A stretch of 64,000 bases of DNA, taken from contig MU619238.1 in NCBI GenBank assembly GCA_025201805.1, forward strand, positions 358,096-422,095, read 5' to 3'. This document shows, piece by piece, positions 39,578 through 53,261 of the stretch. Under the pieces are notes generated by a model. It was not told the origin of the DNA. It searched no databases and saw only the letters and a list, made by a program, of their open reading frames with translations. This stretch comes from Parasitella parasitica NRRL 2501 (taxonomy: Eukaryota; Fungi; Mucoromycota). The translations under genes and the position numbers were made by a program. Each line of letters opens with the position of its first letter. The stretch's first letter is position 1.

Positions 39578-41807
39578 ATGGGAGGTGAAGGAGCCTACAC
39601 GGACCAGCAGACGTATAGTTCAACGCCACCAAAGGGTTATAATAGCAATGCTAATACTCCATTGCAGAAAAACCAGCATCCACACTCCTCCCCTGTACAG
39701 CAAGAATATCCGAAAACTAGTTCAAGAATATCAAGAAGATATGCTACTCCCGAAGAAAGCGATGCAGTGGTTCCTATTTTCAATACTCCAACCAACATGT
39801 ATTTAAAAAAGGATTTGAATCCTCAGCAAAGATATGCCTCTACGCCGCCACAACCGCCGCCACCAGTGCAACAACAGCAGCATCAGCAACCATCTACTCC
39901 TAAACATTACAGCAAAACACATCACAGCCGAAGCTCCTTTGATCCTCTATCAACCACATCGTCTTTGTAAGTGCTATCTACACATATAAAGCTATAGACT
40001 GGCTGATTTTCTGTATATATATATATATACGCATTTTAGTGCGACATTTGCCAAACGGCCTGAACGCCAAGAGGTAGCCTAAACGTGTTGCCTGATTTTA
40101 CTGAATTCTGACTCTGACTGTATTTTATACGCATAGCCATCACTTACCAGACCTAACACGAATAACTTCATGAAAAATGGTCAAGACCACAGAAACAATT
40201 ACAGCAACGTACAGTTATTTTGCAAACCTCGTTGAATTTTATCATTTATCTGATCATTTTTCACTTTATAGACATCGCACGGAACAGCGTCATTTTCAAG
40301 CACTACCTCTGCATCATCAAAGCAGGACATGTTACTGGCACAGTTAATAGAAATGGGCTTTAGTTTAGAGGCATCAAAAGTCGCTCTCACGGCTAGTGGC
40401 AGCAAAAATCTACAGGATGCATTGGATATCCTTGTTCAAAACGAACAGGCAGAAAAGAATGCGGAAACCCAGAAACGAGATTCATCTTCGTCCGAAGATG
40501 ACGACCCTCAATCACTAAAACAGAGCGAGGAAAAATGGAAGAGAGAGCAAGAAGAACGTAGACGAGAGTACCTAGAACAATTGAAGCGAAACAAACCTAC
40601 TCCACCCAAGCCGGGAGTCAGCAGCAGCAGTAGCCAAAATGGACCCAATGGACCCAATGGACCCAATGGAGCCACATCAGCAACATCTTCTCCAACTTCT
40701 CCAAAGACATCCCCAATGCCGCCTCAACACGCACCAATGCCATCACCCAAAGCCAATGCTCATACTTCAGCGCCAACTCAACCTGACTCAGTAACAAGTT
40801 ATGCGGACAAAGAGCGAAAGCAGGGCAACTATCATTTTAATAAGGGGCAGTTTGCTGACTCGGAATCTGTGTACACACTTGCTATCAATGCTCTACCTGT
40901 GGGACACGGCGACATTGTATTACTTTGCAACAACAGAGCTGCTGCGAGATTGAAGCAAGGCAAATACCAAGATTGTCTCACAGATTGCTCTACAGCAATT
41001 GATATTGCTCGAAAAAACATGCAGAACAATACGCCCATATCGCCCATCATGAGCGCTACATCTACCAATATGAAAGCGCAGCTGATCAAAGCACTGCACC
41101 GAAAAGCATGTGCATTGGAAGGCTTACGTTTATTTGAGGCCGCCATTCAAGTGTATGAGGAATACGTTCGACTAGATGACTCTCGAAGCGCCCAGGTAGC
41201 GCAAGGTATAATGAGATGTCAACAGGCTTTGCTGGACAGCAAAAAGAAGCAGCAGCAATGGAAGCCAGCTACCTCGGCGAGCGACACAACTTCTGCATTT
41301 CCTGACATTGATTTCAACATATTTATTCCTAAAGTTGTTGACGACAGGACTCAAGCTCAACTAGACGAAATCAACAGCAGCAAAGCTGTAAAGGAAATGC
41401 GCGATCGGGAAAAAAGGAGGGAAGCAGAAGATGCTGAAAAGTTGGAGAATGAAGACAGGGTAAATGCTCAAATTTCGGTATGGAAAACTGGCAAAGATAA
41501 GAATTTAAGAGCTTTATTGGGGTCGCTCGAGCTGATTTTGTGGCCTGGTGTTCAATGGAAAGGTGTGATGATGAGTGAATTATTAGATGTTAGAAAATGC
41601 AAATTGACGTACATGAAGGCTATCTCAAAAGTTCACCCTGACAAGGCAAGTTTCAAGTAGCGTTTTAGCGCGATAATTCTTCTTGCTGACATTGCTCCGT
41701 TATAGCTTCCAGCAGATGCGACTGTCGAGCAGCGCATGCTGGCCAGTGGTATCTTTACTACGCTGAACCAAGCTTGGGATATATTCAAAACAGAAAACAA
41801 TTTGTAG
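39578..41807 (+). CDS. SWA2: Auxilin-like clathrin uncoating factor (UBA, TPR, J-domain), multi-exon
   Basis: UBA LAQLIEMGFSLE, TPR GNYHFNKGQF..NRAAARLK, NLRALLGSLELILW, YMKAISKVHPDK|LP..IFTTLNQAW. Confidence 0.92.
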
Positions 41808-41946
41808 TGTTGGACATGTAGATAGTATACCCATCCCACCACCTGAACCGCCTAAACCATCTGAACCATTAAAAGTCCGTGATGAACCAAACACAGAAAG
41901 CATCAAGCGTCTTTCTTTTCCCTTTGTTTTTTTTTGCTTGCGAATC

Positions 41947-42879
41947 ATGTCTTCTGTAGTAATAGATACAAATGAGTTTTCTGATCCAGATTTCAACCCT
42001 AAAAAGTGGATTAATTCTGTATTAAAACCATCTACAGTGTATTCTCAGAAAGAAGATGACGAGGACGGAGGAGCGAAACATTCAACCATTCTCGTAACAA
42101 AGCTTCAGATTGCAAGTGATTCCACTTCACGACAATTTGATCAACTGTCGTCATCCGTCATTAAATCTATGCCTCGCCTCCTGTACGATTTAAAAATAAT
42201 TGCAGACGACGCTAAATCTACTCACCAAGGCGTGGAAGCTGTAAAAAAGGATTTAGGGCTAATAGAAGGCGATACCGAGGTAGCTTTAGAGAAATTACGT
42301 AGACCTCACATAGCAAAGACACGCATGGAAGAATGCCGCATGCTGCTGTTGGAAAAATCAGATCACTTGAACAAGATTAAACAAGAACAGGAAAAGGCGA
42401 AACAGGAAGCGGCAGCGGCAGCGGCAAAATTACTGGCAGAAGAAGAAGAGCATCGCAAGCAATCTCTGTTGGCAGAGCAAGAGGAAGAAAAGGCACGGGA
42501 GGATGAAGCTAAAATGAGGAAAGAACAGGAAGACATGGAAGCTTCACAGAGACAACAAAAGCAAGCAGAAGAAGAAGAACAGAAAGAGATCGATGAGGTG
42601 TTGGAGTATGGACATGTGCAATTACCACCTTTAAGGCAACCACCGCCGAAAAAGCGCACTTTACAGCAAATTCAGAATGCAGCTAAAGCTACAGCAGCTA
42701 TACCTGAAAATCCAGACGATAATAATGGCTATCTACAGCAGATTTCTGGTTCAGTGACGCCTCAAGTTAGCAATGTATTTAAAAGAATTGGTGTACCGGT
42801 AAGTTACAGAAATTGCGATGAGATTAAGCCCAAATTTTCTAATACTGCATATACTTAGCTGGATAAATTTTGGTCATAA
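41947..42879 (+). CDS. Short protein with COG7-like N-terminal region and charged coiled coil, 2 exons
   Basis: FSDPDFNPKKWIN, LVTKLQI, MPRLLYDL and KTRMEEC resemble the COG7 N-terminus; intron 42799-42858, last exon LDKFWS*. Confidence 0.65.
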
Positions 42880-43453
42880 AAGACATAAAATTCATAGAAT
42901 ATGCCTGGAATAAACTTGTATATACGTATAATATCATAATGCCTTTGGATCAGATTCATGCTTGATTCATAGGCATTGTTAATCATTCAATGTCTATTTT
43001 GGATTTTGTACGAGTCTCAGTCTGCTTGTTTAAATAGATAATCAATCTAAATCATCGTGATCATCAACAGGCACTGCAATACCTAATATTCAGGTTTCCA
43101 ACAAGTGGGATGATAGTGTGGAGATTTGCGGTTAATAAAATGCATTAGCAGCTGAGGTCTCGGTATACTATTACCTTTAAACGATTTTCATGAGCCCATA
43201 TTACACTTTATTTCTACAGAATTTAGGATAGGTTGTTTTTGGCTATATATCGTGGAATACCGTAATTTTGATCAGAGGGATTTTACTCAACTAAGCCCAA
43301 GCAAAGCTAGAAGCAAGTTTTTTATTTTCTCTAAATTTTAAATAATGCGATAAACTATGTGACTCTTTCAACCAGTAAAGGGCCTACATAAAGCAAGACA
43401 AGTTGCTGTAATAAACTTCTTTTGCTTGCAACAGAGAATATCTATACGAGAAA

Positions 43454-45251
43454 ATGAGTGACGATGATGATTTTATGCTTGAGGATGAAGAGGAAGTAAA
43501 ATCTAATAGCCACGCGAAGTAGTATTCCATGCTCATTCACTGATAAAAAAAATTCAACCGCACAGGATTATGATTTTGATTACGAGGACGATGATGAGGA
43601 AGAGCCTGATGTAGACCTCGAAAACAAGTATTACAATGCCAAAGGTAATCCCATTTGTCTCTTACTTTTATAAAATCTCTTAAAATAATTATATAGCTAG
43701 AAAGGAAGAAGACCCTAAAGAAGCCCTGGTGGAATTCCAGAGCGTCATTGATACAGAGGAAGAGAAGGGTGATTGGTAATTGGGGCACGCGAAGAGGATG
43801 AATAGGGACTCAAGCAAACTGACAACCATGGCAATTTAGGGGTTTCAAGGCTCTCAAGCAAATAATCAAGATTTCATTCCATCAAAACAACTTTGATAAT
43901 GTATGATTCATATCTCAAGTAATGGAGATCGATTTATCGCATAATGCTAAAAACATTCATTTATAGACTTTGAAGTACTATCGCGAACTATTGACCTACA
44001 CCAAATCCGCCGTAACCAGAAATTACAGCGAAAAGAGTATCAATAATATCCTGGACTATGTTTCTTCGGCTGACAACATGGCATTTATGGAGCAATTCTA
44101 TGAAATTACGCTAGAATCACTAGCAGAAAACAAAAACGAGAGACTTTGGGTCAAGACAAATCTTAAATTGGCCAAACTTTGGTTGGATAGAAAGGAATAT
44201 GGCTGTTTGAACAAGATCCTTAAGCAACTACATGCTGCTTGCCAAAAAGACGATGGCACCGACGATCAACGAAAGGGCACTCATCTTTTAGAAGTGTTGA
44301 CACTGGAAATCCAGATGCACACGGAAACCAAAAACAGCAAAAAACTCAAGGAGCTATATCAGCAATGTTTGTCTGTCAAGTCTGCCATACCTCATCCTCG
44401 TATCATGGGTGTTATCCGTGAATGCGGCGGTAAAATGCACATGAGCGAAAGTATGTTGATTTTGCAATTGTGCCAAGAGCATGCTCTAACCTGGGTAAAT
44501 AGAGAAATGGGACGATGCGCAGACTGATTTCTTTGAATCTTTCAAAAATTACGACGAAGCTGGCAGTCCTCAGCGTATTCAAGTCTTGAAGTAGGCAGAT
44601 GGATATGTTTTGTAACAGTGTGTTGACATGCTTGCTATAGATATCTTGTATTGGCAAACATGTTGACCGAATCGCAGATTAATCCTTTTGATTCGCAAGA
44701 AACGAAGCCCTACAAAAACGACAAGGAGATTGAAGCAATGACTAATCTTGTGAGTGCGTATCAAAAGAAGGATATCAACGAGTTTGAGCATATCTTGAAA
44801 GGTGAGTTTTGTATGGCAATAGGGTAGCTAACAAATCACTGACAGGACTTTGTGCTAGTCAATCAAAAATCAATCATGGGCGACTCCTTTATCCGCGCTT
44901 ATATCGACGATGTCTTGCGAAATATTCGAACGCAAGTATTGATTAAGCTGATCAAACCCTACACTAGCATTGAAATTGCATTCATTTCCAAAGTACTGTC
45001 AGCCTTGGGATTTTTACAACACACGCACACTAACATGTCCTTTATAGCAATTAAATATACCTGCAGATGATGTAGAGGATCTTTTAGTTGGCTTAATTCT
45101 CGATGAAAGAATTTCAGGCAGAATTGATCAGGTAAATCGTCGTTTAATCTTGGACAGAAGATCTACAGACGATTTTAAATATGAAGCATTGGACGCATGG
45201 TCAAGTAATGTGTCAAAGTTATGTAAAACCGTATTTGGGAAAGCTACATAA
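43454..45251 (+). CDS. CSN2: COP9 signalosome subunit 2, multi-exon
   Basis: [19 protein letters not shown]|[64 protein letters not shown] domain. Confidence 0.97.
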
Positions 45252-45283
45252 ACATGTATAATTAAAATAAATATTCCATTTAT

Positions 45284-46402
45284 TCAGAGCCCAAAGTTAT
45301 TCTCTTGGCTAAACCCAATATCATGTAAGGCGTTTAAAAACAGGACTCGGGCATGCTTTATATCATTGTATTCCAATGCACTGATTGCCCATTTGGCATT
45401 CTTTTGGGCAGCTGCAATGCTCTTTGGATCAACTGTATTGGCCGGTGTAGAGATTTGAGGGATAACAGGTTGTTGAATTACGACTGCAGGTGGTTTATTG
45501 TCATTGCTCTTACTAACTGGAGTTGCAGATGATACATCACCTGTCGTATCAACCTTAGGTGTTTGAGGTGTTTGAGATGTTTGAGGAAGTGGTGCAGTAA
45601 AGTTGGAAGGTGGACTAGGGAACTCAGAGACGGGAGGCGGTGGTATATCTATATTTTGCTGTTCTTGCTCGATTTCTTGTTGCTGCTGCTCCTCTTCTCC
45701 CACTTCTCCCTCCTCTCCTTCCACTTGTTCAATCCCTCCAGGCGGACCTGATGTTGGTACACGTCCCTCACGCAAAGCTTTCATAATATCTGCTGCTTTC
45801 CATTTAGAATATTTAATCTTTTCCTCTATCATTAGATCCAAATCACCAAAGGTCTTTAAAAGCTCTAGAAAGATTGAGGCTGCAAGGAAAGCCTTGGCTG
45901 TTTTCCTATTGAAAACGTTAGCATTAATTACTACAAAGTAAGATCAAGATGTTCTCACTTGGTCGATTTACCAGCGCGGTCTTCGTTATCTGCCTTGGTA
46001 AAGATTTTGAGACCAAAGTTCTCGATGTGAGCAGTTCCAACTAAATCATTTGTGATGGCCTCGTTAGCTCCAATGGCTTGCTTTTGCTATATATCAGCGA
46101 TAAAAGGCGTTTAGTAAACGTATTTGTCTACGAACTGAGTTGCTCTTACTGTTTCTAAAGCATCGAGTAAATGAGATAAATAGTCTGTGGTCTCTTTGGT
46201 TCTGGGGCCTCGAGCAATAGCAAGTTTAGCAGCATAGTATTGAGCTATTCGTAAACATAATTAGGTTTTAGAAATACATGAAAGCGTGTTGCATAGTCTA
46301 ACCATAGTACGAAACAATTGGATCTATCGATGAGATTTCTTGCCCACGTTGTATATAGGGCGTGATGTATTTTATGTCGTTGGGTATGTCGTTGATACTC
46401 AT
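45284..46402 (-). CDS. VTA1: Vps4 cofactor Vta1 (MIT domains plus VSL), multi-exon
   Basis: ITPYIQRGQEISSIDPIVSYY, NFGLKIFTKADNEDRAG, KAFLAASIFLELL, EEKIKYSKWKAADI, AAQKNAKWAISALEYND. Confidence 0.94.
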
Positions 46403-48699
46403 TGCTGCGAAAGTAAAAAGAAAATAAACACGTTCGGCTTCGTTTGCTACTGAATCCTTTTAAAGATTTCATACAAAAAAAAAAAAAAGAATCCTTTTTA
46501 AAGAGCCGTATCTAATATAAAAGGATTTCGTTCTCACACCTCAGTAACAACAAACAGATGCATTTTCGCGATGTGTGAATCAAAATTCACTTTAAAAAAC
46601 TGCTTAACTGTGTGTTGTATAAGAATAGTTTCCCTTATCTTTCAACTAAACAAGGCGTACTATAAAGAGTGGTTTATTACCTAAAATTTATTGATAAATG
46701 ATTTACATTCCTATTGATATAAGCTGATTAAAATGTAGAAATAGGTATTGCTCGGACTAGTCTTGCTTGACATTTGAATTTCAAGCCTGATCTGATTGTA
46801 TTTATACATCGACTCATATTGTAGATTTATTCCATACAAATAAACAGCTTTTTGTCAATCAATAATCATAATATTTAGCTTTTTATCTGGTAAATTAACA
46901 GTTTTTATAGTTTTCTCATTCCTGTTGATAACTTTATCAATACCAAAATTTTTGTAGTTAGAGATGTTTTCATTTCACAACGCTCAATTGTTTAAGTATG
47001 ATTGCGTTTCTACGGTTTCTTTGTGGTTGCAGTCTAGATGAGCAAAAATGTTTGAAGTAATCTATCCGTTTTGAAGTATATTATTCTACTCTTCCTGTGA
47101 ATTATAATGATTTGAAATCTGGTTTTAGGGTTGATGATGATAAACGATGATGATTTACACCTTGCAACTTCAGCTTAAATGTCATTATATCTCAATGCTT
47201 ACTTAAGAACAAGAGGATCACGTGAATATTTATTAAAACTCCGTTAGCAAACAACGTGAAACTGTTTATGCAGGTAACTTTGGATAGACACATCGCCCAG
47301 TGGAAACCAAGTTATGCTCAGATAGCGATGATCATGCCTGATTTTATGAAGCATGAAACAAGCTTTATGTTGTCCTTTATCGTAGCCTATCAGCGTTTAT
47401 ATACGATTTTCGTATGGTTTCTGCAGATAAATTTCTAGATATCAATGTAAACATGGATACAAATGTTTTCGCCAGGTAGCGCGGTGTTAACATCAAGTTT
47501 TTCCAGTTAGATCTCGGTTCTACGGCCATTTTAGCAGAAGTTATGAACAAATATCTGATATTTTTTAAGATTATTATTTTTATGTAATGAAGATTTGAAA
47601 ATCTTATCTGTCATTATTTAAGATAGGAAATCATGATAATGTACTGCAATTGAAGATTGAAGGTTATCTGTAACACATATTCTGTATTAAAAACACAAAT
47701 TAAGACAACATCTTGAAAAGTATTTTTTTTCTGTATTTTTTTTTTATAAGGTCTGCTACAAGATTTATCTCTTGACATAACATCTTTAACATGCAAATCG
47801 AATATATATGATAGTTTTTTATCGTATTCAATAATTAAGATTTAAGACACGATTTGAAGACAAATTGCAGTAAACTGCTAGGATTGAATTCACAGCCTAC
47901 TGCAGATATAAGCTTTACCAGTGACCCACTTTGGAATGGAGGTACAAGACAAGAGCATTATATTGGTAGCTCAGACTTGTATTGATATGAATTAATAGCC
48001 AATTATCTAATATTTTTATAAATTATTAAATGGAGACAAAACTTTAAGTCAGAATCTACATCCTTTGTGTCATTATACTACAACAGATTTAATTGCATGA
48101 ACCTTTGGCCATTATTTTAAATTCTGTGTGATATATGGATTAAGTTGAAAGTCATCATACATAATACATATATATGATCATGCCCGACACCCTAAGAACC
48201 TTGCTGTCCGTAACTATTTTATCATTCTATATCCGAAATCAATTAGTATAAATGTTTCAACATGAATACCAATAAATCATTATCCTTTTTATCAATAACT
48301 TTTCTATAGTAGATGCTCAAATATTACAGTTTGCTCTGTTTGTTAGTCGGTTTTCTGTATTTAATTTTGAGACAACTTTCGGGGTCATTTTTAAGTACGG
48401 ATTTATCAATTACAAACTTCAAATTCATGGAATAAAATTTTCTCAAGGTTATTTTGTTGAAGAAGATCAGCTTTCATAAGAGAATTACGACTGACAATAC
48501 TAAGCTTAATAACCATTTTACCTTTAATGTTACATTTATCTCAAACTCAAATAACTTGAAACCTCAATCGTGACAACATTCATATTGATATGGGTTCAAT
48601 ATAGCCTGCAAAGTAATATCAGAAGCTATCATATAAAGCTCCAGCATATTTAGCTCTAATATTGTAAAAGGTGTTGCTATTACTTCTGTCTATTCTATT

Positions 48700-49600
48700 T
48701 ATCATGCTTACTCTCCTGTCCCGACTGGTAATTCTATATGCTTGCTATAAATTTAAAGTTCTATTCTATTTTACAAATTTTTAAGCCTTGGAACTCTGTA
48801 TGGGTATGTCTAGAGCGTTTAGTACAGGAGATCGTGTATTTACCTATGTTGCATATAGTTGATTGATTTTTCGCGAGATGCAATAGGTGAGCAAATCGAT
48901 TATGAGCTTAAATTACAGAGTTTACTGAATAGATGGCAATACTGTACTTTTTCTGTAAAGTAAGCTCACATAACCAGAAGTCTTGGATATACAAGGTGTT
49001 TCAAATCAGTAACGAACCAAGTAGAGCTTGGTTCTTTAGCAGTTTTAGTATCTTATATTTGTTTTCTTCATGTGAAACTGCAATAATATAAGTATAACAT
49101 CGGAAGTCGGTCGATCTGGTAGATCCTCCTCATTTTTGTTTGGTATTCGAGGATGTAATGCTGCAATCCTTCTGCATTTATCATGCAGGAACATCATTTG
49201 AATCAGTAATTCAATTCCCGTGTATATGCGATTATGCCATATGCATTTGCCTTAACTTGTGTTCAAATTTTGATTTACAAGCTGAATGTATAAGAAGCTA
49301 GTTATCAAGTCGGTAGTATTTGAATATGCATTGCTCAGTCTTACTTTGCTTCTTTGAATTTCATACCTGGAACATAGTGTTGAATTCAATCAGTACAAAA
49401 AGATGAAGCTGCCCCATATGCACACTTCCCAGAAATACCCCTAATGCCTACCACGCTGGCAACATGGGCTACCATGTTCTTAAATTTTTTTGTCTTAGCG
49501 TCGCACTCACGTTGGAAATATTTACTATCATGAATATTCACGCGTTGGTTTTGACTCTAAAGGAGTCGCTATCAACCCTTTGAAGCTAATGTCCATAGTA
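48700..49600 (-). mobile_element. Possible highly decayed Helitron-like relic
   Basis: Broken peptide traces in Helitron-like order on minus strand (PCCQRG, LKHLVYP, TEFQGL) in a 5-kb gene-free interval; weak. Confidence 0.2.
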
Positions 49601-50816
49601 ACTTTGTGATCAAATAGTCAAAAAAAAAAAAAAATTTCATTTAAGTTATAGCAATACGAGTCGCTTTCTGTACAATAGTACAGACAAATAACTTTATTGA
49701 GTATTGCAATTTTTTATCGTCGCGTTATTTCTTTATAATCTCACAGCCCGACCCACATTATCTGCTTCCACAGCAATCAGAATAGAGAGAGTCGCTCAAT
49801 GCAAAACATATCAAGTCAACAGCACTGCTTCTTAACTTGGAAATGTTCCTTAATACGTTCATTACAAAATATCGAGTAATATAATATTACGGAATAAGAT
49901 TTCAGTTTGGTCTTTACAACAGTGTATACTACTGCACATTTTCTAAAGGCTAGTACGGGCACGCTTACCACACTTAATCAGATAAGGTATTACTTTTTTC
50001 TTTTTGATCCAGCATTCAAGAAAAGTATGATAAAGCTTACTATAACGACTGATTTGAGTCCTAAATGGGTTGACCATACTCAAACTGTGTTTGCTTTTAT
50101 TCAATACACAATGAATTGATGGTTCAACGTTTACTGTTATCGGGATCGGTTTGACCTAAACAACAGTAACAACAAACAAAAATGTATATTGATTGCGGTA
50201 GACAAATGTCCTAATATAAATAGTAAGGATCAAACGACGATAAATAGAGTCAAATTGGGATCCACGGGGTAAGTCTCCGTAGTGATCCTACAAATCTATA
50301 TTATTCAGGAAACTCCTCAATCCTATTTATTCTTTACCCACTGAATATTATTAACGTACGGTCAGCTTCTTGTAAAAGATGTTTTAAAACTGATAGGAAA
50401 AGATTTATGAAAGCAAGGAGGCCATGTGTATACATTATACATCAGCATTTATTTACCATCAGTCGTAATTGAAAAGTTAATTTATGTATAGTTTACAGCG
50501 TGGTAACAAGTGAAACCAGCATGAAAAAGAAAGTTTTTGCTTTGTGTAATTTTAATGGATGCACACATTTTTTCATTAGGCTTAATTGTATATATGGTTT
50601 GTGATCAATTCCCACTCTGCATATTTTCGATCATTATATTTATTGGTCTGAGCCCAGCATTTCGAGAGACATGTACGTATATTTATGCTAATAGACAAAA
50701 CACGAGTGATGCGAGATGATGATGCATACATGCTTACATACATTCGCATAAAACAAACTGTTAATATTTCAAGTATCGATCTTGTTTCTCGAGTGTCTTT
50801 TTTTTTTTTTTTTTTT

Positions 50817-50826
50817 NNNNNNNNNN
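50817..50826. other. Assembly gap (10 N)
   Basis: nnnnnnnnnn after a poly-T run. Confidence 1.
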
Positions 50827-51611
50827 TTTACAAAAAAGTGATCCCCGATATGCGCTACATTTGTCATGATTATGGCAAGACTTTCTGTCAATTATACATG
50901 TACTGAATAATCAAATGGAGAATGCCATAGACATCTTATTTTTGTTTATGTTTCTTGTTTTCCCATCTCTCTGTGATTCCATAAAGCAATATGCTTGTCT
51001 TTCCAAAATAATTATATCTAGCCGAAGATTTAATTTCTCTTTTACATTTACATGCTTCTGCCCCTTTTTGCATGAAAAAAAAAAGCTCTGCTAGCAAGAT
51101 TTTGCTCTAAATTCTGCAGGCAACATTTCACACAATTTTGGCTTTGCTCCCAGGATTTCAAAGAGTATCTATATAGATGAAAACAATATGAACACAGCAG
51201 GATATAGTGTGATACAGATGGTCTCTCACTTTCTAGCCGAGAAACAATGTGATACAAGTGAATAGCCTTGTTAACAAAAGAGAAATTTCGACAGAGAACG
51301 CTTTGACCAGACTACTCTTGTAATTATGATAACAGTTAGGGAGGAATAAAACATAATGTTCAGAATATAAACAAATGCGCACATTCGTTTTTCAGGGCAA
51401 CATCTGTCAGTATCATGATTCATTTTGGCATCAAAGCATGGTCATTTTAAAAGAAAAAATCACTTTGTAATGAACATAGAATGCAAACGGAACAAATCGT
51501 CCCTTTTTTTTTCAAGAGTATAAAAAAGCCCTAAAAATCAATCGATTCCTATCTCACTTTCCTTTGCCTTTTTTTATTATTTTTTACTTATATACCCCCT
51601 ATCTTTTGTGA

Positions 51612-53061
51612 ATGAGCTATTTCAATATGTCTGATTACTGCTTTCAAGCGGACGAGGCAACTCCAATTGTACAAGATAATCAACAACAAAAGCTGCATCA
51701 GCAACAAAAGAAGCCAAATGAGCTGAAGTTCAAGATGGAGTCTGTTGGCATTCACCCCGAAGATGATGATGACTTGGACATGTGTCCTGCAAGGACAAGG
51801 CCTTCATGGCCCAAGAAGATTATTCCATGGTGGGTTGCCTCTGAACCCAATGAGAAACCTCCCTATTCCTATGCTACTTTGATAGCTCATGCTATTCTAT
51901 CAAGCAAAGACGGTCGATTAACTTTAAATGATATTTACAAGTGGATTTCACAGAACTATTTAGCGTTTTCCTTGGGAAATGGCGGCTGGCAGGTAAATAT
52001 ATAGGCGGAAGGCCAATTGACATAAATTTAATATCTAACTTGGAAATGTGTGTGTGCGCCAGAACTCGATCCGCCATAATCTTTCACTAAACAAGAAATG
52101 GTTTTACAAGATCGATAGAAGACCTACTCAGGCAAATCCTGGCAAAGGCTGTTATTGGACTCTGGTTGCTGGAATGGAGCAAATCTTTATTGATAACCTT
52201 ACACAAGAAGGCGGCAACAGCCGAAAGCATCATGATATTGGCCTTACCGTTGAGCTTTCCACAGGTCAGCGTCGAGGTGCATGTTTTTATAACCATAACA
52301 ATTCTGTTGCACCGACAGCATCAGCATCAGCATCAACATCCGCAACCAACATGAACACTCCACCGTCCACTCCTTTAAAACCATTATACACGATATTTCG
52401 TATGGATGATAGGACATCTAAACCAGAAGAAATAACCAGTGTTACGCCATCAGACGATTCCGATAATGATTCAGGCGTAGATGTGAGTAATCAGTATGTT
52501 CTGGATAGCAAAAAGCATCTAAAAAAGCGTCGTCGTACAAATACCAGTGCACCTGCCACTGCTCCCACCACCGCTTGTATTGTAGCCACACCCACCACAA
52601 CATTAAGCATGGAGCAATTACCTGTAAATAACCACCATCTTCAAACCATGTTGTATGCTACACCAGCATCAACTTGTATATCTCCATTTGACGACATTGA
52701 CTATGACATCAACAGCTGGGTAGAGCATTGTCAAAGTTACGCAGATCAACAAGCAGAGCCACAGCTGCAACACCATACTCCCTGGAAAAGACAAAATCCT
52801 ATCACAGTTCACTTGAATGATGAAGCGACACAAAAATACCTTCATTTCGCGGATAATAAGGCGACCAACAACAATAGCAATTTCATGCTTGCTACACCTA
52901 CTAATCCAGCAGTTGATCTCATGTTTGATAATGTATACCCACCACCATCCATGCTACATCAGCCATCTCCATCGTCCTTTAATATGCTATTTCAGCCCCA
53001 ATACCAGTTCTCTCAATTTGTATCTATGCAAGATGTTTTGTATTCTGAACACACATGTTAA
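51612..53061 (+). CDS. Forkhead (winged-helix) transcription factor, 2 exons
   Basis: EKPPYSYATLIAHAILSS, LTLNDIYKWI, GWQ|NSIRHNLSLNK, PGKGCYWTL; intron ~51993-52062. Confidence 0.95.
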
Positions 53062-53261
53062 TAAAATAAAGTAAAAAAATTAATAAAGATCTTCCAAAAG
53101 CACGTGAGTTGAATTCTGCTGCCACACCACCACCACCACCACCAAAATTGGCTTGCTTCTTAGTCCAATGAACATTGATTAGATGACGTACAAAAGAGAG
53201 GACTACCGCGTTGTCCAGAAAATATTTTCAAGAGGGTTTCCTTTTCAACCGTTTACGCTTT

